A stretch of DNA of 63,233 bases, the filler included. It is 7 parts of 7 records of this genome, joined end to end, with 100 filler letters (N's around TTAATTAATTAA, not from the genome) between each part and the next. Parts side by side here need not be neighbours in the genome. Positions count along the whole stretch, not along the records: positions 36,895 to 45,256 come from SRR31147125_1197; positions 45,357 to 51,570 come from SRR31147125_1203; positions 51,671 to 57,657 come from SRR31147125_1204; 4 more parts are not named here. The stretch is one strand, 5' to 3'. Shown piece after piece: positions 42,174 through 53,218 of the stretch (its first letter is position 1; each line of letters starts with the position of its first letter). The position numbers were made by a program, and so were the translations under genes. The notes below the pieces were generated by a model that was not told where the DNA came from, searched no databases, and saw only the letters and a list, made by a program, of their open reading frames with translations.

Positions 42174-43825
42174 TTGGAGAAAATTATGAAAAACAAAATT
42201 AGAATTGGCATAGTTATTAATAATAAAGTTCCAAGCTGGTTAATTTTAGCATTAATTAAGCTACATAAAAAATCTCACGTTCAAAAGGTTAATTTCTACA
42301 GTTTAAGAAATGACACATCGGATAAAAAAATAAAAACAAGTCTACTACTCAAATTATATTTATTTCTCGATCGCTTAATAAATAAAAAATATGCTCAAAA
42401 TACGCTTTATGATTTAAATGAAGCTATCTCACTACTGAAGGAATCAATCATTGATGTTGAAAAATACTCATCAGAAATTTCTTCAAAAGAAAATGACATA
42501 TTAATTTGTTTAGATCCAACTTCAGATCTTAGGATTAATGTCCAAGAAATAAGATTTGGAATACTATATTCTAATATTGAATATAATGATAATCTAAACC
42601 TTTCAATTTTATTCAACTTAGTATTTGGACAAGACATATTTTTCTTCACCTAACCTTACATAACAAATTAAATAGTGATATTTTATGTACAAACTACAGG
42701 TATTATGATAAATCTTATGTTAAATCCCTATACAAATTTGACGAAAACCTCACTAACGCGGTATATACCAAACTTTCTCTACTTTTTGAAAATAATATCG
42801 ATAATATAATTTCTAATAACAAAACCGAAGGTGAAAACATATTTCCAAATAAAACGAAATTAGATTCTATTAAATTATTTAAGCTTCTTTTAAATTTTAT
42901 TATTGAAAAAATAAGAAATCTAATTTTAAAAGAACAGTGGTTCTTAGTCTTATCTTCCAAAAAAAATAATGAGACGAAAACCCTAAAAATCACTCCTGAT
43001 ATCGATAAATTTTGGGCAGATCCATTTTTATACTCAAAAGACGATAATCAATATTTATTTTATGAAGAATATGAAGAAGAGACAGGTAGAGGCAACATAT
43101 CATACCTTGAAATAGATGAAAACCTTAATATAAAAAGTAGTCCAAAAGTAATAATAAGAAAACCATACCATTTATCGTATCCATTTATATTTAATTACGA
43201 TGATAACATTTACATGATTCCAGAATCTTCTGAAAACAAAACAATTGAATTATATATAGCTGAAGATTTCCCAGGAAATTGGAAAAAAATAAAAAACATT
43301 AAAGAAAACATTTTTGCTCTGGATACAACTTTATTATATCATGATGGAGTATATTGGATGTTTACCAATATAAAACAAACACAATCTGCTGCATCAGATA
43401 CGAATTTACATCTTTATTACACCAACAATCCAGTTAATGGAGAATGGATAGAGCATCCAAAAAATCCCATACTAACGAGTACAAACAAAGCAAGACCCGC
43501 AGGAAATATTATAAAAAAAGACGGAAAATTATTCAGGCCATCTCAAAATTGCACAAAACGTTATGGATATGGGATTGTAATTAATGAAATTCTAAAATTA
43601 TCGAAATCAGAATATCAGGAAAAAACAATTGAGAATGTTACTCCAACAAATAATAATATTATTGCTTTGCATACAATAAATATGAATAATGAAGACTCCA
43701 TTGTTACATTTGACGCAATGAAAAGAGTTAATAAATATATTTCCAGAAAAAATAAAATTGGTTTTAAAGTCGCTGCATTAAAATCCTCTACCCCATTTCA
43801 ATTATTACTTCAACTATTTCAATAA
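42174..43825 (+). CDS. GINT1-N-like (glucosamine inositolphosphorylceramide transferase family) beta-propeller protein, 1-bp loss at 42639-42643
   Basis: Frame of ORF 43214 is open back to ~42644 and contains FWADPF, HLSYPFIF, MIPES, EHPKNP, ARPAG, RPSQNC..YG; T5 to T6 fuses it to ORF 42174. Confidence 0.72.
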
Positions 43826-43862
43826 AATATTTGTTATTGAAATACACAAAATATCTGTTTAG

Positions 43863-44867
43863 ATGAGTATTCTGAGTCGACGTTTGATGATTCAAAAATC
43901 AATCAAAACTTCTGTTGGATTTATGTTCCCGCTTAATTTAAAGATTGATTTTGATAATGAAAGTAAAGATAGTTTTGGGTACTGCCTTCCCAAAAGAAAA
44001 TTAGGTAAAACAGGAAAATATATTACAATACTTGGATTAGGTGGAAATCATCTTGCTGCATTAAATGAATTAGAAGCAAATAAAGTAATAGAAAATGCAA
44101 TTGAAGGAGGTATTCGTTTTTTCGAGACTGCTGTTAGTTACGGTGATGGATTGAGCGAAAATAGATATGGCAAATATCTTACTCCAAAGTATAGAGATGG
44201 AATATTTCTTGCTTCAAAAACACATGCAAAGAATGCAAAATCAGCGAGAAAACATCTAGAATTAACACTAAAAAGGTTAAAAACAGATTATATAGATCTT
44301 TGGCAAGTTCATGGTATTTCACAACCAGTAGATGTATTAGAAAGATATTATGGAGGTGTTCTCGATGAACTTCACAAAGCAAAAGATGAAGGAAAGGTTT
44401 TACATATAGGATTCACAGGCCACAAAAGCTATTTGGCACATAAAACTGTTCTATTAAAAAACACTGATCTTGAGACATGTATGATGCCAATTAATGTGGC
44501 TGATATACACTATAAAAGTTATACTATGAACATCATGCCCAAGTTATTAAAACAAAACTATGGGATTTTGGCAATGAAAACATTAGCATGTGGAGGTCTT
44601 TTTGGTGGTCAAGCTTACGGAAAAATCCCTTATGGCACCAAACCAAGTGTAATTCCTAATTTAATATCAGTAAAAGAAGCGCTACATTTTGTTTGGTCTT
44701 TTCCTGTATCATCTATTGTACTTGGATATGATAATGCACAGATGGTAAAACAAAACACTCTTATTGCGAAAGAATTTTATAACATGAAAGCTGATGAGCG
44801 CAACACAATATTAAATAAAGTAAAAGAAATCGCTAAAACTGGTTCCATGGAATGGTATAAACGCTAA
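43863..44867 (+). CDS. Aldo/keto reductase
   Basis: RKLGKTG, FFETAVSYGDGLSE, LKTDYIDLWQVH, IGFTGH, AMKT. Confidence 0.9.
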   Translation: MSILSRRLMIQKSIKTSVGFMFPLNLKIDFDNESKDSFGYCLPKRKLGKTGKYITILGLGGNHLAALNELEANKVIENAIEGGIRFFETAVSYGDGLSENRYGKYLTPKYRDGIFLASKTHAKNAKSARKHLELTLKRLKTDYIDLWQVHGISQPVDVLERYYGGVLDELHKAKDEGKVLHIGFTGHKSYLAHKTVLLKNTDLETCMMPINVADIHYKSYTMNIMPKLLKQNYGILAMKTLACGGLFGGQAYGKIPYGTKPSVIPNLISVKEALHFVWSFPVSSIVLGYDNAQMVKQNTLIAKEFYNMKADERNTILNKVKEIAKTGSMEWYKR

Positions 44868-44887
44868 ACCACTCTATTTTCGATTTA

Positions 44888-45256
44888 CTAGAAATACAGA
44901 AAAATTCCTAATCTCCCGCTAGTAGATGGAATAATTTCCCAATTAACAACTTTTTCATCAATTATTGAAGTTGGTTCTGTTCCACGTTTTCTTAACCTTT
45001 CTTTTTGCGAATCCCTGCTAAAATTTATTGCAACCTCTCCTGTTATGGCAAAATTTGGAAAGATATAATATTCCAGCCCCAAAAATGGAGCCATTAATAA
45101 GCTAAAGGTTGTTCCACCGTGCTCTTTAAAATACAATTCATCATCATTTTTATCTATATATTCTATCTCGCCAACAGTGGAACCATTATTATATGGCTCT
45201 CTTTGTATACCAGCTTGTATACCGTAATAAGACAATAAGCGTTTTCTAATACTTTT
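44888..45256 (-). CDS. Outer-membrane beta-barrel protein, C-terminal fragment
   Basis: FLGLEYYIFPNFAITGE and terminal GIFLYF beta-signal. Confidence 0.65.
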   Translation of the reverse strand, partial: KSIRKRLLSYYGIQAGIQREPYNNGSTVGEIEYIDKNDDELYFKEHGGTTFSLLMAPFLGLEYYIFPNFAITGEVAINFSRDSQKERLRKRGTEPTSIIDEKVVNWEIIPSTSGRLGIFLYF

Positions 45257-45356
45257 NNNNNNNNNNNNNNNNNNNNNNNNNNNNNNNNNNNNNNNNNNNN
45301 TTAATTAATTAANNNNNNNNNNNNNNNNNNNNNNNNNNNNNNNNNNNNNNNNNNNN
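45257..45356. other. Artificial contig spacer
   Basis: N44-TTAATTAATTAA-N44. Confidence 0.98.
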
Positions 45357-45768
45357 TATTTTAAAATATCGCTTAACAGCATTCTTACTTGCGACATTAT
45401 TTGCAGTCACTGGTGGAATGCTACAAATGGTTAGATCATTAACTGCATATCCTGCAAATTGGGGTATCGATTTATCACTTAACGTACTTGCAGCCGTTGT
45501 CATTGGTGGTACTAAAAATATTTGGGGCTTACTTGTTGGTACATTTATTGTATTTGGATTAAAGGACTTAGTACTTTCTAGAATTCCATTTTTCCAAACA
45601 TATAGTAATGCTTATCTTATGTTTTCAGGTGCACTGATCATTGTCGTCGTTATGTTCTATCCTGGTGGTGTCATTAAACTGTTTAAAGATTTAAAAGACT
45701 TTGCAGTAAAAGCCTATCAAAAACTTAATCAAACTTGGAAGGAGTATCGTTATGGCAAAGATATTTAA
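45357..45768 (+). CDS. livM: Liv-type ABC permease, C-terminal fragment
   Basis: LAAVVIGG..NIWG, MFYPGGV. Confidence 0.8.
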
Positions 45769-47170
45769 TCAATTAAGAAAAACACTCCTTGAAAAGCAAA
45801 TGAATAAAAAAGGTTATCAAATAAGAGTAGCCAAAGCAGAAAAAGATATTTATGAAAACTATCTAGAACAATTGTTTGATAAATCGGTTAAACAATTTAG
45901 TAAACCTTATCTTTCACATTTAAGATCACTTGAAATTGATCAGTTGTCTCAAGAAGATTACATCAATTATATGAGTGAATCAAAATTAAAAGAACTTGAT
46001 GAATCTTACGCATTAAAGAAAAAAGCCTTAAAACAAAGTGCTAAAAGAAAAGGTCTTGCATCCATTGATAAAGAAAAACTTGCAAAATTAGATTTATGGT
46101 TTCAATCTCATAAAACAGATATTTTAAAACCATTACAAGCAAGACAATATGACAAAGAAACGCTTAAGAAAAATAAAGAAGCACTAAAACAAGCAGAAAA
46201 AGATTTCAATGATGCACTTGTTGCATATGAAAATTCATTAAAAGAAAAACATGCACAACTCCTTAAGCAAAAACATGAAAAACTTGATGCAAGCATTCAA
46301 TCAAACCAAAAGAAACTAGATGTCAAAAAAGAAGCTTTAAATCAGATTTTAAAAGACATTAAAGATGAAAATACATCTATAGCTATCTCAGATGATGCAT
46401 TACTAAAACTAGATGGTCTTACGATGCAATTTGGTGGTTTAAAAGCTGTAGATGAATTATCTTTTGAAGTTAAAAAAGGTGAGATATTTGGTCTTATTGG
46501 TCCAAATGGTGCTGGTAAAACAACAGTGTTTAACTGTATAACACAGTTTTACAAACCTACATCAGGTGTTGTGACATTTAGAAATCGTGCAGGTGAACTT
46601 GTATCACTGAATGACTACAAAGTGCATGACGTCATTAAGCAAGGTATTGTTAGAACATTCCAAAATGTTGAACTTATTTGGGAAATATCTATTTTAGATA
46701 ATATGCTCGTTGGTGCACATTCACTTTATCGCTCATCATTTTTCGATCATTCATTACAATTACCGCGCTATAAACGTGAAGAAAAAATATTAAAACGACG
46801 TGCGATGAAAATCTTAGAAGATCTTGACCTACTTGCATATAAAGATTTCTATCCTGTTGGTCTACCTTATGGTGTTCTAAAGAAAATAGAACTTGCGAGA
46901 ACACTGATGACAAATCCTGAATTAATCATTTTAGATGAACCAGCTGCTGGACTTAACGATACTGAAACAGAACAACTCGCTCAAACCATTAAAAAGATCC
47001 AAAAAGACTATGATTGTACAATTTTCTTAGTTGAACATGATATGGGCTTAGTGATGAATATTTGTGATACGATTTGTGCGATAAGCTTTGGTAAAAAACT
47101 TGCCATTGGTACACCATCAGAAGTACAACAAAACAAGTTCGTTAAAGAAGCATACTTAGGAGGCGAATAA
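45752..47170 (+). CDS. livG: Liv-type ABC ATPase with ~215-aa charged N-terminal extension
   Basis: [43 protein letters not shown]. Confidence 0.88.
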   Translation: MAKIFNQLRKTLLEKQMNKKGYQIRVAKAEKDIYENYLEQLFDKSVKQFSKPYLSHLRSLEIDQLSQEDYINYMSESKLKELDESYALKKKALKQSAKRKGLASIDKEKLAKLDLWFQSHKTDILKPLQARQYDKETLKKNKEALKQAEKDFNDALVAYENSLKEKHAQLLKQKHEKLDASIQSNQKKLDVKKEALNQILKDIKDENTSIAISDDALLKLDGLTMQFGGLKAVDELSFEVKKGEIFGLIGPNGAGKTTVFNCITQFYKPTSGVVTFRNRAGELVSLNDYKVHDVIKQGIVRTFQNVELIWEISILDNMLVGAHSLYRSSFFDHSLQLPRYKREEKILKRRAMKILEDLDLLAYKDFYPVGLPYGVLKKIELARTLMTNPELIILDEPAAGLNDTETEQLAQTIKKIQKDYDCTIFLVEHDMGLVMNICDTICAISFGKKLAIGTPSEVQQNKFVKEAYLGGE

Positions 47171-47171
47171 A

Positions 47172-47942
47172 ATGGCATTATTAGAGATTAAAGACTTAAC
47201 GATTGATTATGGCATTATTCGAGCTGTTAAGGGTGTTAACTTAAAAGTTGAACAAGGAACAACAGTTGCAATCCTTGGTGCGAATGGTGCTGGTAAATCA
47301 TCACTTATTCGTTCTCTATCAGGACTAGTAACAATATCTGGTGGTGATGTGCTCTATGAAGGAAAATCTATTAAAAATTTAGATCCACATAAAATTGCAC
47401 ATCAACGTATTCTACAATCACCTGAAGGTCGTATGATATTATATGGACTAACTGTTGAAGAAAATTTAAAAGTTGGTGCTTATTCACTTAAATCCATTAA
47501 AAAAGAAAAAGTTGTTGATGGCCAAAAGGTAGTTGAAATCATTAAGGTTAAACAACGCATACAATCATTACTTGATGAAGTTTACGGATATTTCCCTATA
47601 CTAAAGGAAAGAAAAAATCAACAGGCGTCTACACTCTCAGGTGGTGAACAACAAATGCTTGCCATTGGGCGTGCATTAATGGGTGATCCAAAATTACTAT
47701 TACTTGATGAACCATCACTTGGACTTGCACCACTTATTGTTAGAGATATTTTTAATATTATTAATACAATTAAAAAACGTGGTACAACCATATTAATTGT
47801 TGAGCAAAATGCATATCAAACATTGAAAATTGCAGATTACGCATATTTGCTTGAATTAGGAAAAGTTAAAAAAGAAGGTACTGGTCATGCATTACTTCAT
47901 GATGAAGAATTGATCAATGCTTACTTAGGATCAAAAAAATAG
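47172..47942 (+). CDS. livF: Liv-type ABC ATPase
   Basis: GANGAGKS, LSGGEQQMLAIGRAL, DEPSLGLAP, VEQNA. Confidence 0.92.
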   Translation: MALLEIKDLTIDYGIIRAVKGVNLKVEQGTTVAILGANGAGKSSLIRSLSGLVTISGGDVLYEGKSIKNLDPHKIAHQRILQSPEGRMILYGLTVEENLKVGAYSLKSIKKEKVVDGQKVVEIIKVKQRIQSLLDEVYGYFPILKERKNQQASTLSGGEQQMLAIGRALMGDPKLLLLDEPSLGLAPLIVRDIFNIINTIKKRGTTILIVEQNAYQTLKIADYAYLLELGKVKKEGTGHALLHDEELINAYLGSKK

Positions 47943-48009
47943 GTTTTAACAATTGCATAGCAATTAAAAAATACAATTATTCGCGAAAAGCGAACAAAGG
48001 AGAAAAAGA

Positions 48010-49767
48010 ATGAAAAAATTTGTCTTAGTTTTTTTAATGGTATTCTCATTATTTGGACTTGCAGCTTGCGCAGGCGAAGCTGAAAAAGAAATCGATTATT
48101 TAGATATCGTTTCTAATCCTGATAAAGTAGAATATAACGTTGGTGATGAGCTAGATCTAACGGGTCTAGATTTAAGAATTGTGTACACTGATGAAACTGA
48201 ATTAGATTTAGTTTTAGCAGATGTAGAAGTGACTGGTTTTGATACAAACACAGTAGGTGAACAAACACTTACAGTCACTTATGAAGAAGAAACTGCTACA
48301 TTTACTGTGACAGTATTTGACCCTGATGCTGATAAAGAATTATTATCAATCAATGTTAAAAGTCTTCCTACAACACAACAATATGTAGTTGGTGGAACAT
48401 TTGATAATACTGGTCTTGTTATTGAAGCTGTATACAATACAGGTGAAAAAGAAGATGTTACTGGTTATACATTAAGTGGTTTTGATTCATCAGCAGTTAA
48501 CTTAGATGGCGAAGTGACTGTTACATTTGAAGAACAAACTGCAACTTTCTCATATAAAATTAGAGAAACAATCGTTCAAGGTATTACTGATACTACAATT
48601 ACTGTAGGTAATACAGCAGCAACTTCTGGTGTATTCGCAGCAGTAGGTGTTCCATTTAACGAAGGTATCTTAGCTTATTTTGATAAAGTAAATCAAGCTG
48701 GTGGTGTTGGTGGTAGAACAATCAACTTTGTAACTTATGATGATGGTTTTGATGCTACTGCTGGTCTTAACTATACAAAACAATTAGTTGAAGAAGATGA
48801 CGTATTTGCATTAGTTGGTCACTTTGGTACACCTACTGTAGGTGCAACTGTTGACTATATCCAAGATGTTGGTGTACCAATGGTATATGCAGCAACTGGT
48901 ATTAACGCATTATACTTTGAAGTTGAAGAAGGCTTATCAAATCCTGTCATGGCTGTTCAACCGATTTATAAGACTGATGGTCGTATGATGACTGCTAGAG
49001 CATTAAACGAATCTGTTTATGGTTCAAATGGTGATGAAAAACTTGCAAGTGATGCTAAAATTGGTGTCCTTCACACAACAACTGATGATGGTGTTTCTAT
49101 GAAAGCTGGTATTGAAATTGAAGCTGCTCAAGAAAACAGAACTGATGATTTCATTTATCGTTCATTCTCAGCTGATGACACTGCAACTTTAAATGCTGCA
49201 ATTCTTGATTTCCAAACTGCTGGTGTTGATGCAGTGATCGTTGCATCTAACCAAGCACCTTTCAAAGCTGCTGTTGGTGCACTTAATTCAGGTGGACTAG
49301 AAGTCCCTGTATTTACTTCATATGTTAATGCTGATTCTACATCAGTTGATCCAACTGTTGATTATGCATTTGATATGTATGCAAACGCATGGTTAGATAT
49401 TTCTGACCCTGATGGACAATTAGGTTTCTCTGAAGCTTATTGGACATTTGCTGCTGATATGGTTGCTTATGATGAAGATACAACATACTCTGCAAATGCT
49501 TATGCAATGGCTGGTTATATTGCTGCTGCTATCTTTGTAGAAGGCTTAGAACGTGTTGGTGATGATCTATTAACTTGGGAAACATATATTGATGCAATGG
49601 AAGAAGCACCAATCGATGTACCAATGGGTGGTACTGTTGACTTTACTGAAGGTAAACGTTGGGGTATTGCTTCAATGGCATTATTACAATTAGATAACTC
49701 TGGTGATGCTCCTGCATGGAACAAAGCAAGAGAAATTGAAACATTAGAAGAAATTCAAAACAAATAA
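48010..49767 (+). CDS. ABC substrate-binding lipoprotein (LivJ-like fold) with two N-terminal bacterial Ig-like domains
   Basis: LAAC lipobox; P.K.EY.VG..LDLTGL / GFD....GEQT.TVTY Ig pattern twice; GITDTTITVG, GGVGGRTI..YDDG, VFALVG. Confidence 0.87.
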   Translation: MKKFVLVFLMVFSLFGLAACAGEAEKEIDYLDIVSNPDKVEYNVGDELDLTGLDLRIVYTDETELDLVLADVEVTGFDTNTVGEQTLTVTYEEETATFTVTVFDPDADKELLSINVKSLPTTQQYVVGGTFDNTGLVIEAVYNTGEKEDVTGYTLSGFDSSAVNLDGEVTVTFEEQTATFSYKIRETIVQGITDTTITVGNTAATSGVFAAVGVPFNEGILAYFDKVNQAGGVGGRTINFVTYDDGFDATAGLNYTKQLVEEDDVFALVGHFGTPTVGATVDYIQDVGVPMVYAATGINALYFEVEEGLSNPVMAVQPIYKTDGRMMTARALNESVYGSNGDEKLASDAKIGVLHTTTDDGVSMKAGIEIEAAQENRTDDFIYRSFSADDTATLNAAILDFQTAGVDAVIVASNQAPFKAAVGALNSGGLEVPVFTSYVNADSTSVDPTVDYAFDMYANAWLDISDPDGQLGFSEAYWTFAADMVAYDEDTTYSANAYAMAGYIAAAIFVEGLERVGDDLLTWETYIDAMEEAPIDVPMGGTVDFTEGKRWGIASMALLQLDNSGDAPAWNKAREIETLEEIQNK

Positions 49768-49780
49768 TATATAATAGATA

Positions 49781-49803
49781 TGGGGAGAGATTGTCTCTCC
49801 CCA
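49781..49803 (+). other. Perfect 10-bp hairpin after binding-protein gene (stabiliser or weak terminator)
   Basis: TGGGGAGAGA-TTG-TCTCTCCCCA with no clean U-tract. Confidence 0.65.
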
Positions 49804-49829
49804 AATCTCTTTATATTGAAAGAAGGATA

Positions 49830-51140
49830 ATGATGAAACAACATAAAATTATTACTGTCGATGAAGCACTCCAATTAATTCAAGATGATGATGTTATTAT
49901 CTCTGGGATGGCTGCATCAGAACCTAAATTATTTCTATCAAGATTACACGAGATTGCTGATCGCGTAAAAGGTGTTCATGTCACAAATTGTTTACCATTT
50001 GAAAATGCTGAGTTTTTCGCAAATGCTGCTTATAAATCATCATTTTCAATTGACGGTTGGTTTTTCTCTGGTGGTCTAAGAAAAGCCTTTAAAAACGGAA
50101 ATATTTCGTTTATTCCTAATCATTTACATCTTGCTGGTCGTAAACGTTTTGAACATCAAAAACCAACATATTTTATTGGTACTGCTACACCACCTGATCA
50201 ACATGGATATGTTTCACTTTCATTATCAAATGTTTATGAAAAAGAAGCATGCCAAGCTGCTGATATTGTCATCTTAGAAATTAATCCTAATTATCCAAGA
50301 ACATTTGGAGATTTAGAATTACATGTTAATGAAATCGATTATATGATTGAAGCTGATTATGATGTTCCTGTACTACCTGATGCTGAACCAAATGAGAAAG
50401 ATTTAAAAATTGGTAAATTTATAGCTGACAAGATTCAAGATGGAGCAACCCTTCAACTTGGTATTGGTGGTATTCCAAATGCTGTAGCTCATGCGCTTAT
50501 GGATAAAAAAGATTTAGGGATTCATACCGAAATGCTAACAACAGGATTTATGCATTTGATTAAAGCTGGTGCTGTGACAGGTAAGAAAAAGAAAACACAT
50601 GTTGGAAAACATGTCGCATGTTTCGCACTAGGTACAAAAGAACTCTACGACTTTATTGATGATAATCCAAGTGTTCAAATACTCAATGGAAACTATGTTA
50701 ATGACCCTGCAGTTATTGGTGAAAATGATAATCAAGTTTCTATTAATACAACGATTGAAATCGACCTACAAGGACAATGTGCATCTGAGTCATTAGGCAC
50801 TAGACAATTTTCTGGAACTGGTGGTCAAGCTGACACTGCAATCGGTGCTCAAAATTCTAAAGGTGGTATGAGTTTTATCACACTTTATTCTACAGTGAAT
50901 GCAAGAAATCATGAAACTGGTGAACGAGAAGAAATCTCAAAAATCGTACCTACTTTAAAACCAGGTGCTGCAGTTTCATTATCTAGAAATGACGTTGACT
51001 ATGTTGTTACAGAATATGGATGTGTTCACCTTAGAGGAACAACCATTAGTGAACGTGTAGAATTACTGATTAGCATTGCGCATCCAAAATTTAGAGATCA
51101 GCTTAGAGAAGATGCTAGAAAGTTAGGGTATATCGCATAA
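49830..51140 (+). CDS. Acetyl-CoA hydrolase / 4-hydroxybutyrate CoA-transferase family
   Basis: DGATLQLGIGGIP, LGIHTEM, SGTGGQ, DYVVTEYG, IAHPKFR; start after AAGGA RBS. Confidence 0.92.
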   Translation: MMKQHKIITVDEALQLIQDDDVIISGMAASEPKLFLSRLHEIADRVKGVHVTNCLPFENAEFFANAAYKSSFSIDGWFFSGGLRKAFKNGNISFIPNHLHLAGRKRFEHQKPTYFIGTATPPDQHGYVSLSLSNVYEKEACQAADIVILEINPNYPRTFGDLELHVNEIDYMIEADYDVPVLPDAEPNEKDLKIGKFIADKIQDGATLQLGIGGIPNAVAHALMDKKDLGIHTEMLTTGFMHLIKAGAVTGKKKKTHVGKHVACFALGTKELYDFIDDNPSVQILNGNYVNDPAVIGENDNQVSINTTIEIDLQGQCASESLGTRQFSGTGGQADTAIGAQNSKGGMSFITLYSTVNARNHETGEREEISKIVPTLKPGAAVSLSRNDVDYVVTEYGCVHLRGTTISERVELLISIAHPKFRDQLREDARKLGYIA

Positions 51141-51570
51141 TGGCAATTTTAGAATTTAAAGGTAGAAATATCTATTACGACATCAAGGGTGAAGGTCGTC
51201 CAATTCTTATATTAAACGGCATTATGATGTCTACAAAATCATGGGAACCTTTTGTTCATAGTTTATCAAAAGATAATCAGTTGATTCGCGTGGATTTTAT
51301 GGATCAAGGGCAAAGTGATAAACTTGATAATAGTGAATATAATCAATCCATTCAAGTAGACATTATTCACCAATTATTACACAAATTAAATATTCAAAAA
51401 ATTAACATCGTTGGTATATCATATGGTGGTGAAGTCGCACTGCTTTATGCAACAACTTATCCAATGATGATCGAGCGACTAGTCTTATTTAACACAACAG
51501 CTTACACATCACCTTGGCTTGCAGAAATCGGTTATTCATGGAATGCGATTGGCAAGACAAGAAATGGAAA
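51140..51570 (+). CDS. Alpha/beta hydrolase (3' truncated)
   Basis: LNGIMMS, DFMDQGQS, GISYGG nucleophile elbow. Confidence 0.85.
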
Positions 51571-51670
51571 NNNNNNNNNNNNNNNNNNNNNNNNNNNNNN
51601 NNNNNNNNNNNNNNTTAATTAATTAANNNNNNNNNNNNNNNNNNNNNNNNNNNNNNNNNNNNNNNNNNNN
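51571..51670. other. Artificial contig spacer
   Basis: N44-TTAATTAATTAA-N44. Confidence 0.98.
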
Positions 51671-51755
51671 TTTTTCCGGTGATGATGCCCTTTCAGTTCG
51701 TAAAGTGATTTTTACAATTTCAGAAGAAAAATTATAAAAAATGAATTAATGGAAA

Positions 51756-52502
51756 ATGGAGCACAGGAAAATGTCAAAAACTATTTTAATAACCGGATCA
51801 AGCACAGGTATAGGTGCTGAAACAGCCACATGTCTGGCTAAAGATAATGATATTCTTATACATTATAATTCATCAAAAGAACCAGCTCAACAAGTGGCTA
51901 AAGAAGTGCTGAAAAAAGGCGGTAAAGCCCACCTTGTACAAGCTGATCTGTCAAAGGAAAAAGGGTGTTTACAGCTATACAAGTTTGTGAGCAAAAATTT
52001 TGAAAGACTGGATGTCCTGGTGAATAATGCGGGTAGCCTCGTGAAAAGACAACCCTGTAAAGAACTGGAATGGGATCTTATGGAAAAGACCTTTGCTCTA
52101 AATGTTTTTTCAGTGATGAAATTGTCTTCACTTTTTATTCCTCTGCTGGAAAAGGGAAACTCGCCCTGCATCGTTAATATTACCTCCATTGCCATGCGGC
52201 ATGGTGCACCCACAGCGACTATTTATGGTGCAGCCAAGTCTGCTATCGATTCATTTACTCGCGGTATGGCAAAAGAAGTGGCACCGACCATTAGAGTGAA
52301 TGCCGTGGCACCGGGCGTCATTGTGACACCTTTTCATGATCGCTTCTCTACACCGGAAAAGCTTGAAGGTTTTCGCCAGGCAACACCATTAAAAGTCAAT
52401 GGAGAGTCAAAACATATTGCCATGACCATTCAAATGCTCATCGATAATGATTTTATCACAGGTGAGACCATTGATGTTAATGGTGGTCTTTTCATGCGCT
52501 AA
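51756..52502 (+). CDS. Short-chain dehydrogenase/reductase
   Basis: TGSSTGIG, NNAG, YGAAK, RVNAVAPG. Confidence 0.93.
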   Translation: MEHRKMSKTILITGSSTGIGAETATCLAKDNDILIHYNSSKEPAQQVAKEVLKKGGKAHLVQADLSKEKGCLQLYKFVSKNFERLDVLVNNAGSLVKRQPCKELEWDLMEKTFALNVFSVMKLSSLFIPLLEKGNSPCIVNITSIAMRHGAPTATIYGAAKSAIDSFTRGMAKEVAPTIRVNAVAPGVIVTPFHDRFSTPEKLEGFRQATPLKVNGESKHIAMTIQMLIDNDFITGETIDVNGGLFMR

Positions 52503-52537
52503 AAACAAAATATCTATGTTGATCAACAGGAGAGGTC

Positions 52538-53205
52538 ATGACTAAAAAAGCTACCCTTTTGATATTATTCTCAATCGTATTTGTAACTTGTTCAAATAAA
52601 GGAATAAACATGAATGCCATAGTCTGGGATATAAATAATTTAGAAAATATAGGTGGAAATTCATTTACAGTGCTGGGAAATCCTGTTGTTGTTGAAACAG
52701 GATCGGGAAAAGCGGTTCAGTTTGATGGAATAGATGATGCGCTTGTTTTTGAAACCAATCCTTTGTCCGGTTTTGCAGAGTTTACGCTGGAATTATTTTC
52801 CGACCTGATGCAAATGGATTAACAGAACAAAGGTTTTTCCACTTGCAAAGCGAGGAGGATCACCGGGTCCTGGTGGAAACCCGATTGACAGAAGACGGTT
52901 TGTGGTTTTTGGATACCTATATCAAAAATGGCGATTCCGATTGCACGCTGTTTGCCAAAGAGTTCACTCATCCTGTTGGTCAATGGTACCATGCGGCATT
53001 GGTTTACGATGGAAAAGAGATGCGGCACTATGTCAATGGACAATTGGAATTATCCGGTAATGTTGATTATGCACCCATGCAGGGCGGACAGACATCACTT
53101 GGTGTTCGTTTGAATCGGGTTTGCTGGTTTAAGGGAGCTATACACAAAACAAGAGTAACACCAAAAGTGTTGCAGCCGGATGAGTTTTTGAAATTGACAC
53201 TATAA
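52538..53205 (+). CDS. LamG/concanavalin-like lipoprotein, 1-bp loss near 52796-52799
   Basis: Lipoprotein-like signal, AVQFDG, WYHAALVYDG..YVNG, FKGAI; one extra T restores ELFFRPDANGLTEQRFFHLQ. Confidence 0.78.
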
Positions 53206-53218
53206 AGAGGGCCACGAA

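Noticed and set aside
33511..44867. One large polysaccharide/adhesin island linking wzc-upxY with the FISUMP and GINT1-like genes
   Set aside because: A spacer at 36795-36894 separates contigs of apparently different origin
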